64,000 nucleotides of DNA from Lama glama (Eukaryota), in assembly GCA_028534125.1 (NCBI GenBank), contig CM052816.1, forward strand, positions 18,044,001-18,108,000, written 5' to 3'. This document shows positions 36,640 to 48,700 of this stretch, one piece after another. Position 1 is the first letter of the stretch. Every line of letters begins with the position of its first letter. Position numbers and translations under genes: made by a program. A model generated the notes under the pieces. It ran no database searches and had not been told where the DNA came from. It saw only the letters and a program-made list of their open reading frames with translations.

Positions 36640-36752
36640 GCTGAACGCCAATGCCTGCAGGAGTGTGAGCCTGATGAAGTCATTGCAGGCTGTAGCCTGT
36701 GTGAATGGCTCTGCACTGTTCCTGGCCAGGCTCCTGCTTCCAGACGCCACTG
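36640..36752 (+). pseudogene. Decayed RhoGAP-domain gene, candidate exon remnant C (last helix)
   Basis: Open frame (g)LNANACRSVSLMKSLQAVACVNGSALFLARLLLPDAT resembles the RhoGAP terminal helix V..LI.N...LF. It ends at donor CTG|GTAAGC (GT at 36753). The acceptor (ctcttttcactccgtggag|g) is weak. Confidence 0.4.
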
Positions 36753-36957
36753 GTAAGCAGGGCTGAAGGAGGACAGTTCTCAGTTTGTGCATCAAAAAGA
36801 GTGTGAGGCTCAGCAAGTACACACCAATAATCAAACAAGGAAAAGACTGGCTACTGCATTCTCTTAGGCAGAGCAAGCTCTTTTACACTCCTCCAAGGGA
36901 CACCCTGGACCTGAGCAAGCTTGGAAATTCACCCTATGGGAGGGGAGTGGGGGGGGG

Positions 36958-36960
<3 letters not shown>

Positions 36961-37024
<64 letters not shown>
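36961..37024. repeat. (GT)32 perfect microsatellite
   Basis: Counted directly. Confidence 0.98.
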
Positions 37025-37027
<3 letters not shown>

Positions 37028-37319
37028 TTTAGGAGGCAGGGATGGAAGGGTGTGCCATTGCTGAGAACCCATGGTCCTTTTGGGACTAGGCTTCTTGCAC
37101 CCGTGATGTAATGAGGTCTATGTCTCAGAAGGCTCAAGTCAACAGCCTCCTGCAAGGAACACCAGGGTCAATACTCTGACTTCCAGACATTTCAGGGGGA
37201 AGGTTTCTCCTGGCTTGAGTGTTCAGCCTCTCTCAGTCTCACTCTCAAGATACTACTCTTTTATTTATATTCAATTCTGACCCAATAAAAGGAAGGTCCT
37301 CATTGGGTTACAGTTCTAC

Positions 37320-38130
37320 TCAAATCACCAAAGGATAATGAGCACTTACTCTGTGTCAGGCATTCTACAGCAGAAACTGAGGATAGTGGTGAGTAAGATG
37401 GTGGTTCTGATTCCAAGGAACTTACAAAACATTAAGCTTTTCCTGCGTGCTAGCCATATACCAGGCACATTCCTAAGCCCTTAACATTTAATTCTCACCA
37501 AGGCTGCATGTAATGCATGTATTAATATTATCCCTGTTTTACAGATGAGAAAATTAAATCACAAAAGATCAATTAACTTACCTAAAAAAACACAGCTAGT
37601 CAGTTGCAGAGCCAGAATCTGAATCTGGTCAGTCTAACTCTAGAGTTGCTGCTTAAATTATTACAAAGTTTACCTTATTAGACCATCAAGGGCAGTCCAC
37701 ACAAGGCAAATATAATGTGTTATAAGTGCTGTGGCGTTAAGTACAGAAGCTACAAGAGCAGATAGAATCACGTGTGGGAAGACTAGGCAACCAACCTACC
37801 TCCCAGAGGAGGTCATTTCTAAACTGAGACCTAATACAGACTGCCTGTTAGCCAAGCTGAATGCGGGTGTAGGTTCCAGGCAGAAGGAAAAGCAAATGCA
37901 AAAGCCTCATGGTGAGAGACAGCATGGATTGTTTGTATTAAGAGAATAGAAAGAATTCAGTGTGGCTGAATCACAGATTTCATAGGAGGAAATATTTAGA
38001 GATGAGGTTGCAGGGGTTTCTGTATCCATTCAACAAACATCTATTTAGCACCTGTTCTGTATCAAGCATTGCGGTAAGACATTAATTGGTACAAATAAAG
38101 TGATGCCCTCATGGAGTTTATTGGTTGTAA
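37320..38130 (-). mobile_element. L2 fragments with nested MIR (~37430-37660)
   Basis: gagcacttactctgtgtcaggca; tgttttacagatgagaaaattaa; ggttccaggcagaaggaaaagcaaatgcaaaagcc. Confidence 0.65.
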
Positions 38131-38433
38131 AATTAATGACATTTCCTTGTCTTGCCTGTTAAGAAAACAAACATTAAACTTGTAAAAAAAAAAAAAGGCA
38201 AAAAAGTGAGTAGCATATTCTTTCAATGTCAACCGGGGATTAATAAGTTCACTCAAAGATTATTTAATTATCTAGAGTAATATGCTTGGGTTTGACCTGG
38301 TTGTTTACTATTAGTTACGAAATCAGACTCTTATGAGGTTAAATGCACCATGTAGATATTTATCTGGTAGAAAAGATAACCTCAAAGGTTATCATTTTAT
38401 TGGCCTATAGGATATTACAAATTTTCTCTCAGT

Positions 38434-38990
38434 TGTGTTCGTTTTCTACTGTTGTCATAGCAAATTATTACAAATGTAGTGCCTTAAGGCAACACACATG
38501 TAGTATTTTACAGATTTGGATGTCAGGAGTTTGACACAGGTCTCACTGGACTAAAATCCAGTTGTAGGCAGACTTTCTTCCTGAAGGCTCTGGGGGAGAA
38601 TACTTTTACTCATTCCAGTTGTTGGACAAATTCAGTCCCTTTCAGGTGTAGGACAAAGGCCGCAGGGTTCTTGCTAACAGTAAGTTGAGGGTCATGCCCT
38701 GCTTGTAGAGGCTGCCATGTTTCTTGGCTCATGGCCCCCTCCCTTCCTCCACCTGCAAAGCCAGTAGCAGCAGGTCCTTCTCACAGGGCATTCTTCTGAC
38801 CTACTCTTCTGCCATCCTCTTCACTTTGAATGACTCATGACTAAACTGAGCCCATTCAGATAATACAGGATGATCTCCACACCTCAATATCCTTAACCTA
38901 AATTCCACCTTCAAAATCCTTTTTGCCATTAAGAGAACCTATTCACAGGTTCAGGGGCTTAGAGAGTTGGCATCTTTTTTCAGTTTACCA
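38434..38990 (-). mobile_element. MLT1D/E-type MaLR LTR
   Basis: tgttgtcatagcaaattattacaaatgtagtgccttaaggcaacac ... ttcttggctcatggcccc ... attcacaggttcagggg ... tttaccaca. Confidence 0.75.
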
Positions 38991-38999
38991 CATCATAAT

Positions 39000-41900
39000 G
39001 ACCACTGTTATTTAAGAATGTTTTTTTGGGGGTAAATTATATAACCTCTGTTGCTCAAAATGCAATGTTAGCTATCTTTACTATCTTACTGGTTTTCTTA
39101 CTGATTAGTCAGTAAATCTCTGAAACATATTCATCCTATATTTGTATATTTTTAACTTTTTGAAAATTGGAGTAATTCTAATTGTCAGTTTTGGAGGCTT
39201 CAATGAGACTGCCAAGTGGATTAACCCAGCAGGGCCAATTCATCTGTGCTGCAGGGAAGTGCACCACATGGGCTGGTTCAGGCTAGTATGCTATTTTGGC
39301 TTCTGGGACGGATCCTAAGTGTTCATAAGTGCTTCATCTTCCCTGACACTCTCTCTCTCTTTAACCTAACTCTGTGTTTTCTTTTTATTTCTGGTCTTTG
39401 ACCAACTTCAGCTCTCATTCTGACTTATGCATGACTGGTTCGTTTCAGTCACTGGTGACTGCAATGACTGGCATTCCAGTTGTGTGGTCTGATCATCTGG
39501 CCATTTCTACTGGGATGATAGGATCTAGTCTTTGTTGGCGAGAAACAGACAATGCAGTTGGTTGTGCAGTTGGTTGGTCTTTTCTGTTTGTGTGTTTGGT
39601 TATTTGTGAGCTCAAAACCACTGAAAAAAAATATTTTGTGTTTCTTAGAAAAGCTCTTTGAGGTCTGGACCAGTGAATTTTTGTATTTCTATGTCTGTTC
39701 ATGACCTGTGAGTTTGTAGAACTGAAGCTGCTATTTTCTGTAGGTTTGTGTATCTGAAGTTAAGAAAGGCATTTACTTCTCATTAGGAGGGAGTGAAATA
39801 TTTTCTTTATCTTGAAGGCCATTAATAAATTAGAATGCAACATCGGTTAAATTAATCAATTGCTTCATAGAGATTTTGAACCCTTACGTAAGTAATATTT
39901 CCAGAATCCCCCCAAAATAAAAAAGTTGGACTTCTAATATTTCAAATGGCCTGGTTTACAAAAATCCTGACAGAAAATATAAGAGGAACCTTGATAAAAA
40001 ATAAAAAATCAAGTAATCAAGATGAATCTGAAGTCAAATCAGATATAAGAATTTTAGCTTAACAACAATTATATATGTTTTATTTGGTTTTATCAGTATA
40101 AGGTATAATGCAGTATTTTAAAAATTGAAGTACAGTCAGTTTACAATGTTGTGTCAATTTCTGGTGTACAGCCCATAAATATATTCAGTCATATATATAT
40201 ATTCATTTTCATATTCTTTTTCATTATAGGTTACTACAAGATATTGAATATAGTTCCCTGTGCTATATAGTATAAACTTGTCATTAGGATTTTTTAAAAG
40301 TAAGGTTTTGGCGTGGTTTTCATGAAGAGAGTAGGTAATCTAAACTTCCTAAACTTCTTACACTAATTTACTAATCAGATAAGCTAATATTACACCTACA
40401 TAATATTAAGGACTGTGAAAAACGTAAAAATTACAACTAAATTGAATTATAATCCTGACAATCCTTTGATATCAACAGCAATTACAACTGTACTGTGCCA
40501 ATTTGAATATAATTCCCAACCCTCTTAGTTAATTTTAAAACCACAGACTACTATTAAATTGAGTTAACAAATAATTTTTAGATATTTGGGTAATTTCTAA
40601 GTAAAACAGAATTCTGACATATGGGTTACAGAGTATTGTCTTATTATATAAATATATGTACTTCTGCTTCTTATTTTCATACGTCATAGAGTGGTTTTAT
40701 CTTTGGGTCATATTAATGAAAGTGTTCCTTTTTGCCACTTGGAGAGGGTATAAAGGCATGTAGGTAGCTGTAGGGGTCGTAGTATATGTTCTTGTGAGCT
40801 TTTCGGTCTAAGTCCTACCTACCTCCCAGTTCTCTCTTTAAAAGAGAATTTGGTTACTTTAGTTAAAAGTTTTAATCAATAAGAAGGGTTAAGACTATAC
40901 TAGGAGTAATGGCAAAGAAATTTGACTACTTTCATGATAATGGAATATGTCTCCAAAAAAAAAAAAAAAGGGTTAGTTTTGACCTAAAGTAAGGTATCTG
41001 GCTGTTCCTGAATGTGGAAAAGAATCATGAAAGACAAACCTGGATACAGAAAGTTGTGAAGGATTTGCAGAAATGAAATTTTATTTACCTTAGTTTACAG
41101 TACATGCAAATATTGAGTCTGAAAAAAAATCAAAGAAGTGTGCAAAAATTTTTGAAAAATGTGTTCAGTGTTGATGGGCTTATTCTTAAGATAATTTTAA
41201 TAAAAGGGATGGAAGAAGCCAGAGATTACTTACTGTCAAATCTGATATTATACTGCTGGGATTTGATTCTTCTCTGTTAAAATGATAAATTGATCTTAGA
41301 GCATTTAGTCTGCTCTAAAAAAGAGAGTAAAAAGTTATTCTTCATATTCTTTTATCTGTCTGGATAGCAAGGATTCGAATTCTCACCAGAATAATTTTCT
41401 ATGCTTCTGTGCTAACTTTATAGTATAATGCCCTTGAGTCTTAAGGTGCTGAAGTTCCATGAAATTGTGTCACCTTCCCCTTTGTCTAATTAAAATATTG
41501 CATTGCCACTTTGATTAATGGGTAACCAAGCTATTGTTTCTATCTTAATCAGGTGCCCAAATTTCCTCTAATGACTCCTGATTTTGCAATCCCCAAATTG
41601 GATCATAACTTAGAAAAAAATTAGGATTTCTTTTACACCTAAACATCTTTGTGATATCCCTAAGTTCCCCTGGGAACTCACAAAGATTTACTCTTTAATC
41701 TTATAAAACAAGGGCTGCTAGAAATAATAAGGTTTGTTTTGGATAGTTCTTAATTAGCTCAGCACAGCTGTAAGAGCTGAGTGACAAAATCTGATCTGTT
41801 TGGTATATACAGGTAAAATGTTATTGACATTAATGTTTCCAAAAGTGTACACATTACAGAGGGGATTGGGAGGTCCTAGAGGTGTTCTAACGCTCTTAGT

Positions 41901-43080
41901 ATCTATAATATGGTCCTACCCAAGAGGGAAAATTGACTGACTTCTCAGGAAAAAGTTACATATTATATCCCAACAGAGAATTTAATTCTCCTCTATTTTG
42001 ATATTATTTACGAAAAAAACTGAACCACAGATATATGGTCTCAACTATCAGGTGGCTTTCCTTTTCCTCTGATATTTTCCTGAAGGCCCATAGGCTAGAC
42101 TCTGTATCATCAACAAAGAAGAGACTCAAAGCCTCGAGGAAAGGACTGTACCAGGTACCAATAATCAGAAATGTTTAAAGGACTAGACTTCCGGGTATAA
42201 GCTCCTCAGGGTAAAGATGACATTATTTAGACAACTGTCAGGCTGTCTCAGTGGACTGGTCAGAATGTCCAGAATTCTTTCAGTTCAAAAGCAGAGAATT
42301 TCAGGAAAGCAGCTGCTGACTCAAGACCCAGTGAAATAAACTTAATTTCACAGGACTGAATTAACTGATGAAAGAAATATAATTATAGTTATTTACTTTG
42401 GAATGTGGTTATGATTTTTTAATATTCTCTTTTTGATAGATGAGGAAATTTTTTCTCTTTCCTTTTAATCCATTTCTAATGTAGACTACATCAGTCAACT
42501 GAAATATGATACTTTAATGGTATCTGATCCTTACTGACATCTCAGAACTCAAAAACTAATACTTATACTGAGTTTCTCTATTTTGCACAGCAATATAGTT
42601 GTTTGCATATGCTCACTGAGAATTTGGTTTCCTTTTTACCAAGATATACTTCCACAAATTAGTTGTGCAACCAAGGCTATATCTGGAGTGTCATGTTGAA
42701 GATTAACCCCATTTAATCAAGTTTGCCAAGCTCACCTTTTAAAAAGGTACACTTAACATCTGGTGTCCAGGTTTACAAAGGACACCTGGCCTGAGTTATG
42801 CTGTTGGCTTACAGAGTCTCAGTCTCACAAGAGGTGTGGAAGAGTAATTCCTGGCATGCCTGTCGTTAATAAAATTTGGAGAATCTTGAGGAGAGAATTC
42901 ACCAATTCTGATTGATATGGCGTATGAAGTCTGTTGGGTTTCTTGGGCCTGTTTCTAGCCTCAAAATAGAAAAGCAAATAATCAGGTCTTTTGAATAGCC
43001 CACCCTTAATGAGACTTCTTAATGAAACTTCCAGACAGAAGTTAATTCTCTTTAAAAGCTGCATTTAACTGACTGTATGC
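39000..43080 (+). mobile_element. Non-autonomous ERV1 (MER4-group-like): LTR 3' end plus AT-rich internal region
   Basis: LTR end ttgtca (39187), then degenerate tRNA-Gln-type PBS tggaggcttcaatgagac (39192-39209); 3' block gaggagagaattcacca...ttctagcctcaa...tgagacttcttaatgaaacttccag resembles MER4-group internal sequence. Confidence 0.6.
40116..40282 (-). mobile_element. Short young L1 3' end inserted in the ERV
   Basis: ttgaagtacagtcagtttacaatgttgtgtcaatttctggtgtacagc ... atattgaatatagttccctgtgctata; homologous to 25830-26000. Confidence 0.9.
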
Positions 43081-43124
43081 CGTGAAGTATTCAATAGTGT
43101 CAATATCCTTTTTTGCATAGAAGT

Positions 43125-43514
43125 AGGTGATTTATGTGAAGCTAGCTGCTGTAACAAATGCCAAATTTTCTGCAGGTGAACCCAAAAGTTTACTTCTTGC
43201 AAAGCCTAGTCTGTGGTGGAGACATCTGTTCAGAAACCCAGGCTGCAGACTGCCATCTTTCAGCGTGTGACATCTTTCAAAGTTGCCCTGGGCATTGGTA
43301 CTCAGCTGACAGGTTGATGAAGAGAGAGACTTGAGGATGGAGGGAGAAGTTCTCATAGGTCAGGCTGGAAAAAGTATCTTCTATCCATATTCCATAAGAC
43401 AGAATTCAGTGGCAAAGTCGCACCTACCTGCAACGGAGGCTGGGGCACTTAATCCAGCTGTGTTCCTAGGAGGGAAGAATGGCCTTGATCATCAGCTGAC
43501 TCAGTCTCTGCCAT
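43125..43514 (-). mobile_element. MLT1J/K-type LTR
   Basis: gctagctgctgtaacaaa ... cacctacctgcaacggaggctgggg ... cagtctctgccata. Confidence 0.65.
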
Positions 43515-43772
43515 AGCTTCTAGGACCTAGAATCCCAGAGTCCATTCAGTCCTGACATTGACTCTAGAGGTCCTTAGAAGAGAGAGGTCATGTCCCTTTA
43601 AAACCTCACATCACTCTACTGAACTGCTGGCTCAGAAGAAACTGCTATCTGAGAGAGTACAATGGGAAAGCGACTTTATTTCTCACTTACAGATCCTGGG
43701 GGCAGAGACAATCCCTTTCCTTCTTTTATCTTCAGAGTAGAGCTCTTTCAATGTTATTCTCAGAACTTCACT

Positions 43773-43982
43773 GAGTTTGAGATTATCAAATGTTAACCAC
43801 TATACATAAAAATAGATTAAAAATAAATTTCTTCTGTATAGCACAGGGAACTATATTCAGTATCTTGTAATAACCTTTAATGAAAAAGAATGTGAAAATA
43901 TATGTATCTATATACATGACTAGGACATTATGCTGTACACCAGAAATTGACACACTGTAACTGACCACAATTTAAAAAAAAA
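43773..43982 (+). mobile_element. Short young L1 3' end
   Basis: Near-copy of 25772-26008 (gagtttgagatt ... tatagcacagggaactatattca ... tgctgtacaccagaaattgacac) plus A tail. Confidence 0.9.
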
Positions 43983-45709
43983 TGAAGCCAGGAAACCTGG
44001 GGGTGGGGAGCGGGAAGAATTCAACAGGGATTGGGAAATGTTGACAGTTTAGGGGAGGGGATTGAGAAAATGAGAATTGAGCTTCTTGAAGATAACTCTT
44101 GACCGATGTCTCAGGCTTCACCTACAGCACCTGGTGGATGAGTCAGCACAAGCAAGGCACCAAGAACCACAGGGTTTCAGATGGTCTCTAACTTGACATC
44201 TTAGCTTTCCAGGTCTGCCCTGTGAACCTCAGAGAGGCTACAGTTTCCCTAAACCACCAAACTAGCTCACAGCCGACTGAAAACAAAGCTGAGTTGTTTT
44301 ATTTGCAGCCCACACTATTATGCCAGGCAGCATTTCATCAAACAGTGCATGACTGATCTTTCATTTTAATGCAAAATATAACAAAATGTTGAGTCACCAG
44401 GAATATCAGTGAATATACTATTTTCTGAACCCAATTCTCTAGTTAACTCTATTTTAACCAAAGAAGATTTAAATTTCAACCTGTGGGGTTGAAAGTCTTC
44501 CAAAGACATACCAGTTGGCTGTCCTGCCTTCACGAGCCATGTTGTTCATATGGACAATTATTATTCCAAAACGGGGAGGGAATTGACAATTTTCAATAAC
44601 CTAAAGCTCAATCACAGTGACCTGAATAAATTGTGAGAAGCTGTTTTCGGGACTTTCTCCCCTCAACAACCTTTAAGTTTCAGAATTCAAATCAGAGTAC
44701 AAACTGTTTACTAAATGTACTAGACAGAATGATCTTGCTATTAGCTGAGGGGACCTGAGAAATTAATACACCTGCCTCTGCCACTTTCCGACCCACCGTT
44801 GGGGAAAAGGCCTAGATGGATCTCTGAGTACTTAGAAAAATAATCAAGTTCACTTTGTGCTTTGTTTTTGAATAATATTCATCAAATAAGAACCATGCTA
44901 ATTATGGCTCCCATATTCATATTTCATCAAGACAGTGTAAATAAGAATTAGACCATAAACCCATTCAGTGACTGTATACATGGAATAATAATGTTGAAAA
45001 CTTTTTCTTATGGTTATCATTACATCTAGCTATTTTACATTGCTCTGGTCTGAAAATTACATGGCCAAATTGCAATAAGAGACTTCAGGTGTGCTTCCCT
45101 CTAGCCATGGAAAAACTGATAGAATTTGTGACAGCCCAGTTCTTTCGACTCCAGCTCAGTGTCTTTTTTTCCATTTAAGAAAGACTAAGGACTGCTCCAA
45201 ATCATCTGTTTTTGACTAAAAACTTGGAATATGTCATCTCTCTTTCCCTGGTACTTAAACTAAAATCATTTTGTAAAGCAAAAATCCCGTGGCCATAAGA
45301 GAGAAAGAAGAACTGTTTGGTGCCCTGTTTGGACTACACAGCTCTGCTGGGCTATGTATCTCTTTTTGTTTTCACAAAGTTATAAGAGAGATGTCATCGT
45401 CTCCAGTTTACAGATGAGGAAACAGTGGCACTGAATTATAAAACTTGCCCCAAATCATGAAATTGGGATAAGGAGAAACCAGCCTGGAACCCGGCCAGTC
45501 TGGCTGTATCTTAGGGGCAGGGGTCACTTCCCCCCCATTCAAGACATCAGAGTGTTCCATTTATCCCCTAGTTCCTGTTAGCCCTCTAAGTCTAGCTATT
45601 CTGCAGAGAGGATCTTTCTTTTCCCCCTCAGATGGAACACTCCCTGAGGTCCCGCAAACCCTCCTGCTACCTAAAGAAAGATACGGGTAATTTTTAAAGT
45701 GCCTGAGAA

Positions 45710-48700
45710 GTCAGATCAGGATGGCAGAGTAGGAGGCCCTGGCACTCACATACTCCCACAGACACATCAAAAATACATCTATATGTGGAACAATTCTCAC
45801 ACAAAACTAACTGGTAACTAGCAGAAGAACTCCTATACAGCCAAAGCTGCAAGAAATATTTCCACATAAATGGGTAGGATGCAATAAAGGCATAAAGTTA
45901 GGATCTGCGTCCCTGGGAGGGATCTGAAAGAAAGAGAAGGTCTGCATGGGTGGACCGTTGCCTAGGGAGTGCATGGGTCAAGCCACGGACTGGACATCCC
46001 AGTCCTGGGGTTCTATGTGGAAAAGACAAGCCCCCTTGGCTACTGGGGAGAACCACCCACTTCCTCAAACCCTTCATCCTCTTGGGCTTACATCTGCACC
46101 TCTGTGACTGGGTCCCAAAGAACAGGACTGGATGTTGCCTTTGTGCCCACTCAGCACAAGCTGGTTCCCCCTTTTCTCCAGGCAGCACTGGGCACTGGTA
46201 ATTCCCTGCATTCCACTTGGCTTTAGGGGCTCTCAGGACCCAAATAAAACACTGACTTTTCTTTGCTTTTGAGAGACAGTTCCATTTTGCCACCTACCCT
46301 TGAGCATAAGCTATTTCCAAAGGGCCCTGGAAGAGCTGTGCAGAGGATGAAGGTGCTCAACCAGTGCTGTCCCCACTACACCAGGACAGAGAGAAGGGCT
46401 AGAGAAACTTAGACTCTATTCACAAAGAGTGTGCACGTGCTGGCTTGCCAACAATCAGGGCAGAGAGCACCTTGCACCAGTGGCTGTCACCTCATCACAC
46501 TTTCAATATGAAAGGGACAGCCCCAGCCCCGCCCACTCCATACCATAACTTGGCACAAGATCTGGGCCAGCTGGGTCCTGGGAAAAGATTCTGGTCAAGC
46601 ACTGCATGGACAGCCCAGGGGTTTGGGTGTGTTCCTGGCAAGATGGTAGCAGCCACTGTCAGTACTTACTCTGATGGTGCTACAAGAGACACTGCATTCA
46701 GTATACCTGGTCCATCTCCCAGCTGAGTGACCACTCTGGCCCTGCCCACAGGCCATAGCTTGGTGCTGATCTGGGGCAGATAGGTCCTGGGAGAAGACAG
46801 GCACAGAGGCGGCCCAGATCTCTGGCAGCAGCATGGCCATGTCAATTCCTGCAGCCACAACACTCCAACCCCCAGCCTCAGCCTAGCAAATACTCCAGCC
46901 CCATCCACTCCACATCACAGCTTTGTACTAGATCAGAGATGATCACAACAGAGGAAAGACACAACCTTGGGCTGCATTTAAATGGAGCTGTGGATGCCTA
47001 CACATGTGGATCATTGGTCTTCTATGACTACATGGGCCTGATTTGTGTCAGCACTCCCCTCTTTGGGGCAAGGCACACACTCAAGGGGAATGGAACCTGA
47101 TCAAGCCTGACCCTCAGGGCTTCTGCTTCAACAACTGGGGAGCAGACCTCATCCCTGATAGGGTGGTTACAGCTACCAGGCAGAGAAGAAATCCTGCCTC
47201 ACACCCTGCACAGGATTTAGATCCTCCAACACTAACCACACTTCCTATCAAGGTGATAGCAGACAGCACACCCTGAGGAAAGATGAAGCTAGCATCCATA
47301 TCAAAACCAATCCTCTCACCAAAGACACAGTCTACACAAGGATGCTCCCACCTATAAACACCCTTTCAAGATCACAACAGATAACTATTTCTTCTATATT
47401 CATAGAGACAGAGAAAATTAAATAAAATGAAAAGGGAGAGGAACTACTTCCAATTAAAAGAGCAACAGAAATCCTCTAAAAAAATAAGTACTGAAATAGA
47501 ACTTGCCAGCCTACCAGACCCCGAGTTCAAAAAAGTGTAATAAAAATGCTAAATGAATTAATAAAGATTTTCAATATAAATGCTGACCACTGTAACAAGG
47601 AATCAGAAACTATAAAGATGAGCCAATCTAAAATAGGTAATTCAATTTCTATGATTAAAAAGAAACCTAGAAGCAATAAATAGCCAACTAAGTAACAAAG
47701 AAGAATGCATAAGTAATCTGGAAAACAGAATAATGTAAATTGCCCAATCAGAACAGAAGACAGAGAGACAGAAAACACAAAGAGTCATATTTCAGGGAAT
47801 CCACATAAGGATAACAGCTGATTTCTCTGCAGCAACTTTACAGGCCAGAAGGGAATGGCATAATATATGCAAAGTCCTGAAAGGGAAAAATCTGAAACCT
47901 AGGATACTTTACCCAGCAAGATTATCACCTAGAATAGAAGGAAAGTTAAAGAATTTCTCAGAAAAACAAAAACTAAGAGAGTTCAGCAATACTAAATTTC
48001 TCCCTAAAAGAAATTTTCAAGGGTTTTTTCTAAATAGGGAAAAAAAAAAAAGGTAAGAATCTACTGGAAAGGGAAAATCCCATTAGGAAGGCAAATATAT
48101 AGTGAGGATTAAAGAATACTTAGATAGCCAGTATGTAGATTAAAAAACAAACAAAAAATTGTAAAAGTGATTATAACTACAATAAGCAATAAAAGGATAA
48201 GCATGAAGGTGTAAAATAGAACATAAAATCACAAAATTAAGGGGAGAGGAATAAAAAAATGTAGATCTTTTACAGTGTGTTTGAACTTGATTAACTATCA
48301 GCTTAAAGCTAGTATATATACTTATGGGTCAACATACATGAATCCTATAAAAACCACAAATGAAAAACAGACAATAGATTCACAAGAACCAAAAAGAAAG
48401 GAACTGAAGCATATCACAAAAGAAAATCATCACACCAGAAAAGGAAAAACAAAAAAGAAGAAGAAATGAACAAGGAAGAACTATAAAAACCACTGGGAAA
48501 CAATGAATAAAATGGCAATAAGTACATACCTATCAGTAACTACTTTAAATATCAATGGACTAAATGCTCTGATCAAAGGACAGAGTGGTTGACTAGATTA
48601 AAAACAAAAAAGAACCTGCAAAATGCTGCCTACAGGAGACTTACTTCAGAGTGAAAGACACACAGAGAATGAAAGTGAATAGGTGGAAAAAGGTATTTCA

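Noticed and set aside
36785..37155. ORFs with CVCV/HTHT runs
   Set aside because: Translations of the (GT)32 microsatellite.
43983..44030. Possible L1 3' transduction after the short L1 at 43773-43982
   Set aside because: The candidate TSD (agaacttcactg vs agaattcaacag) is too poor and there is no second poly(A).
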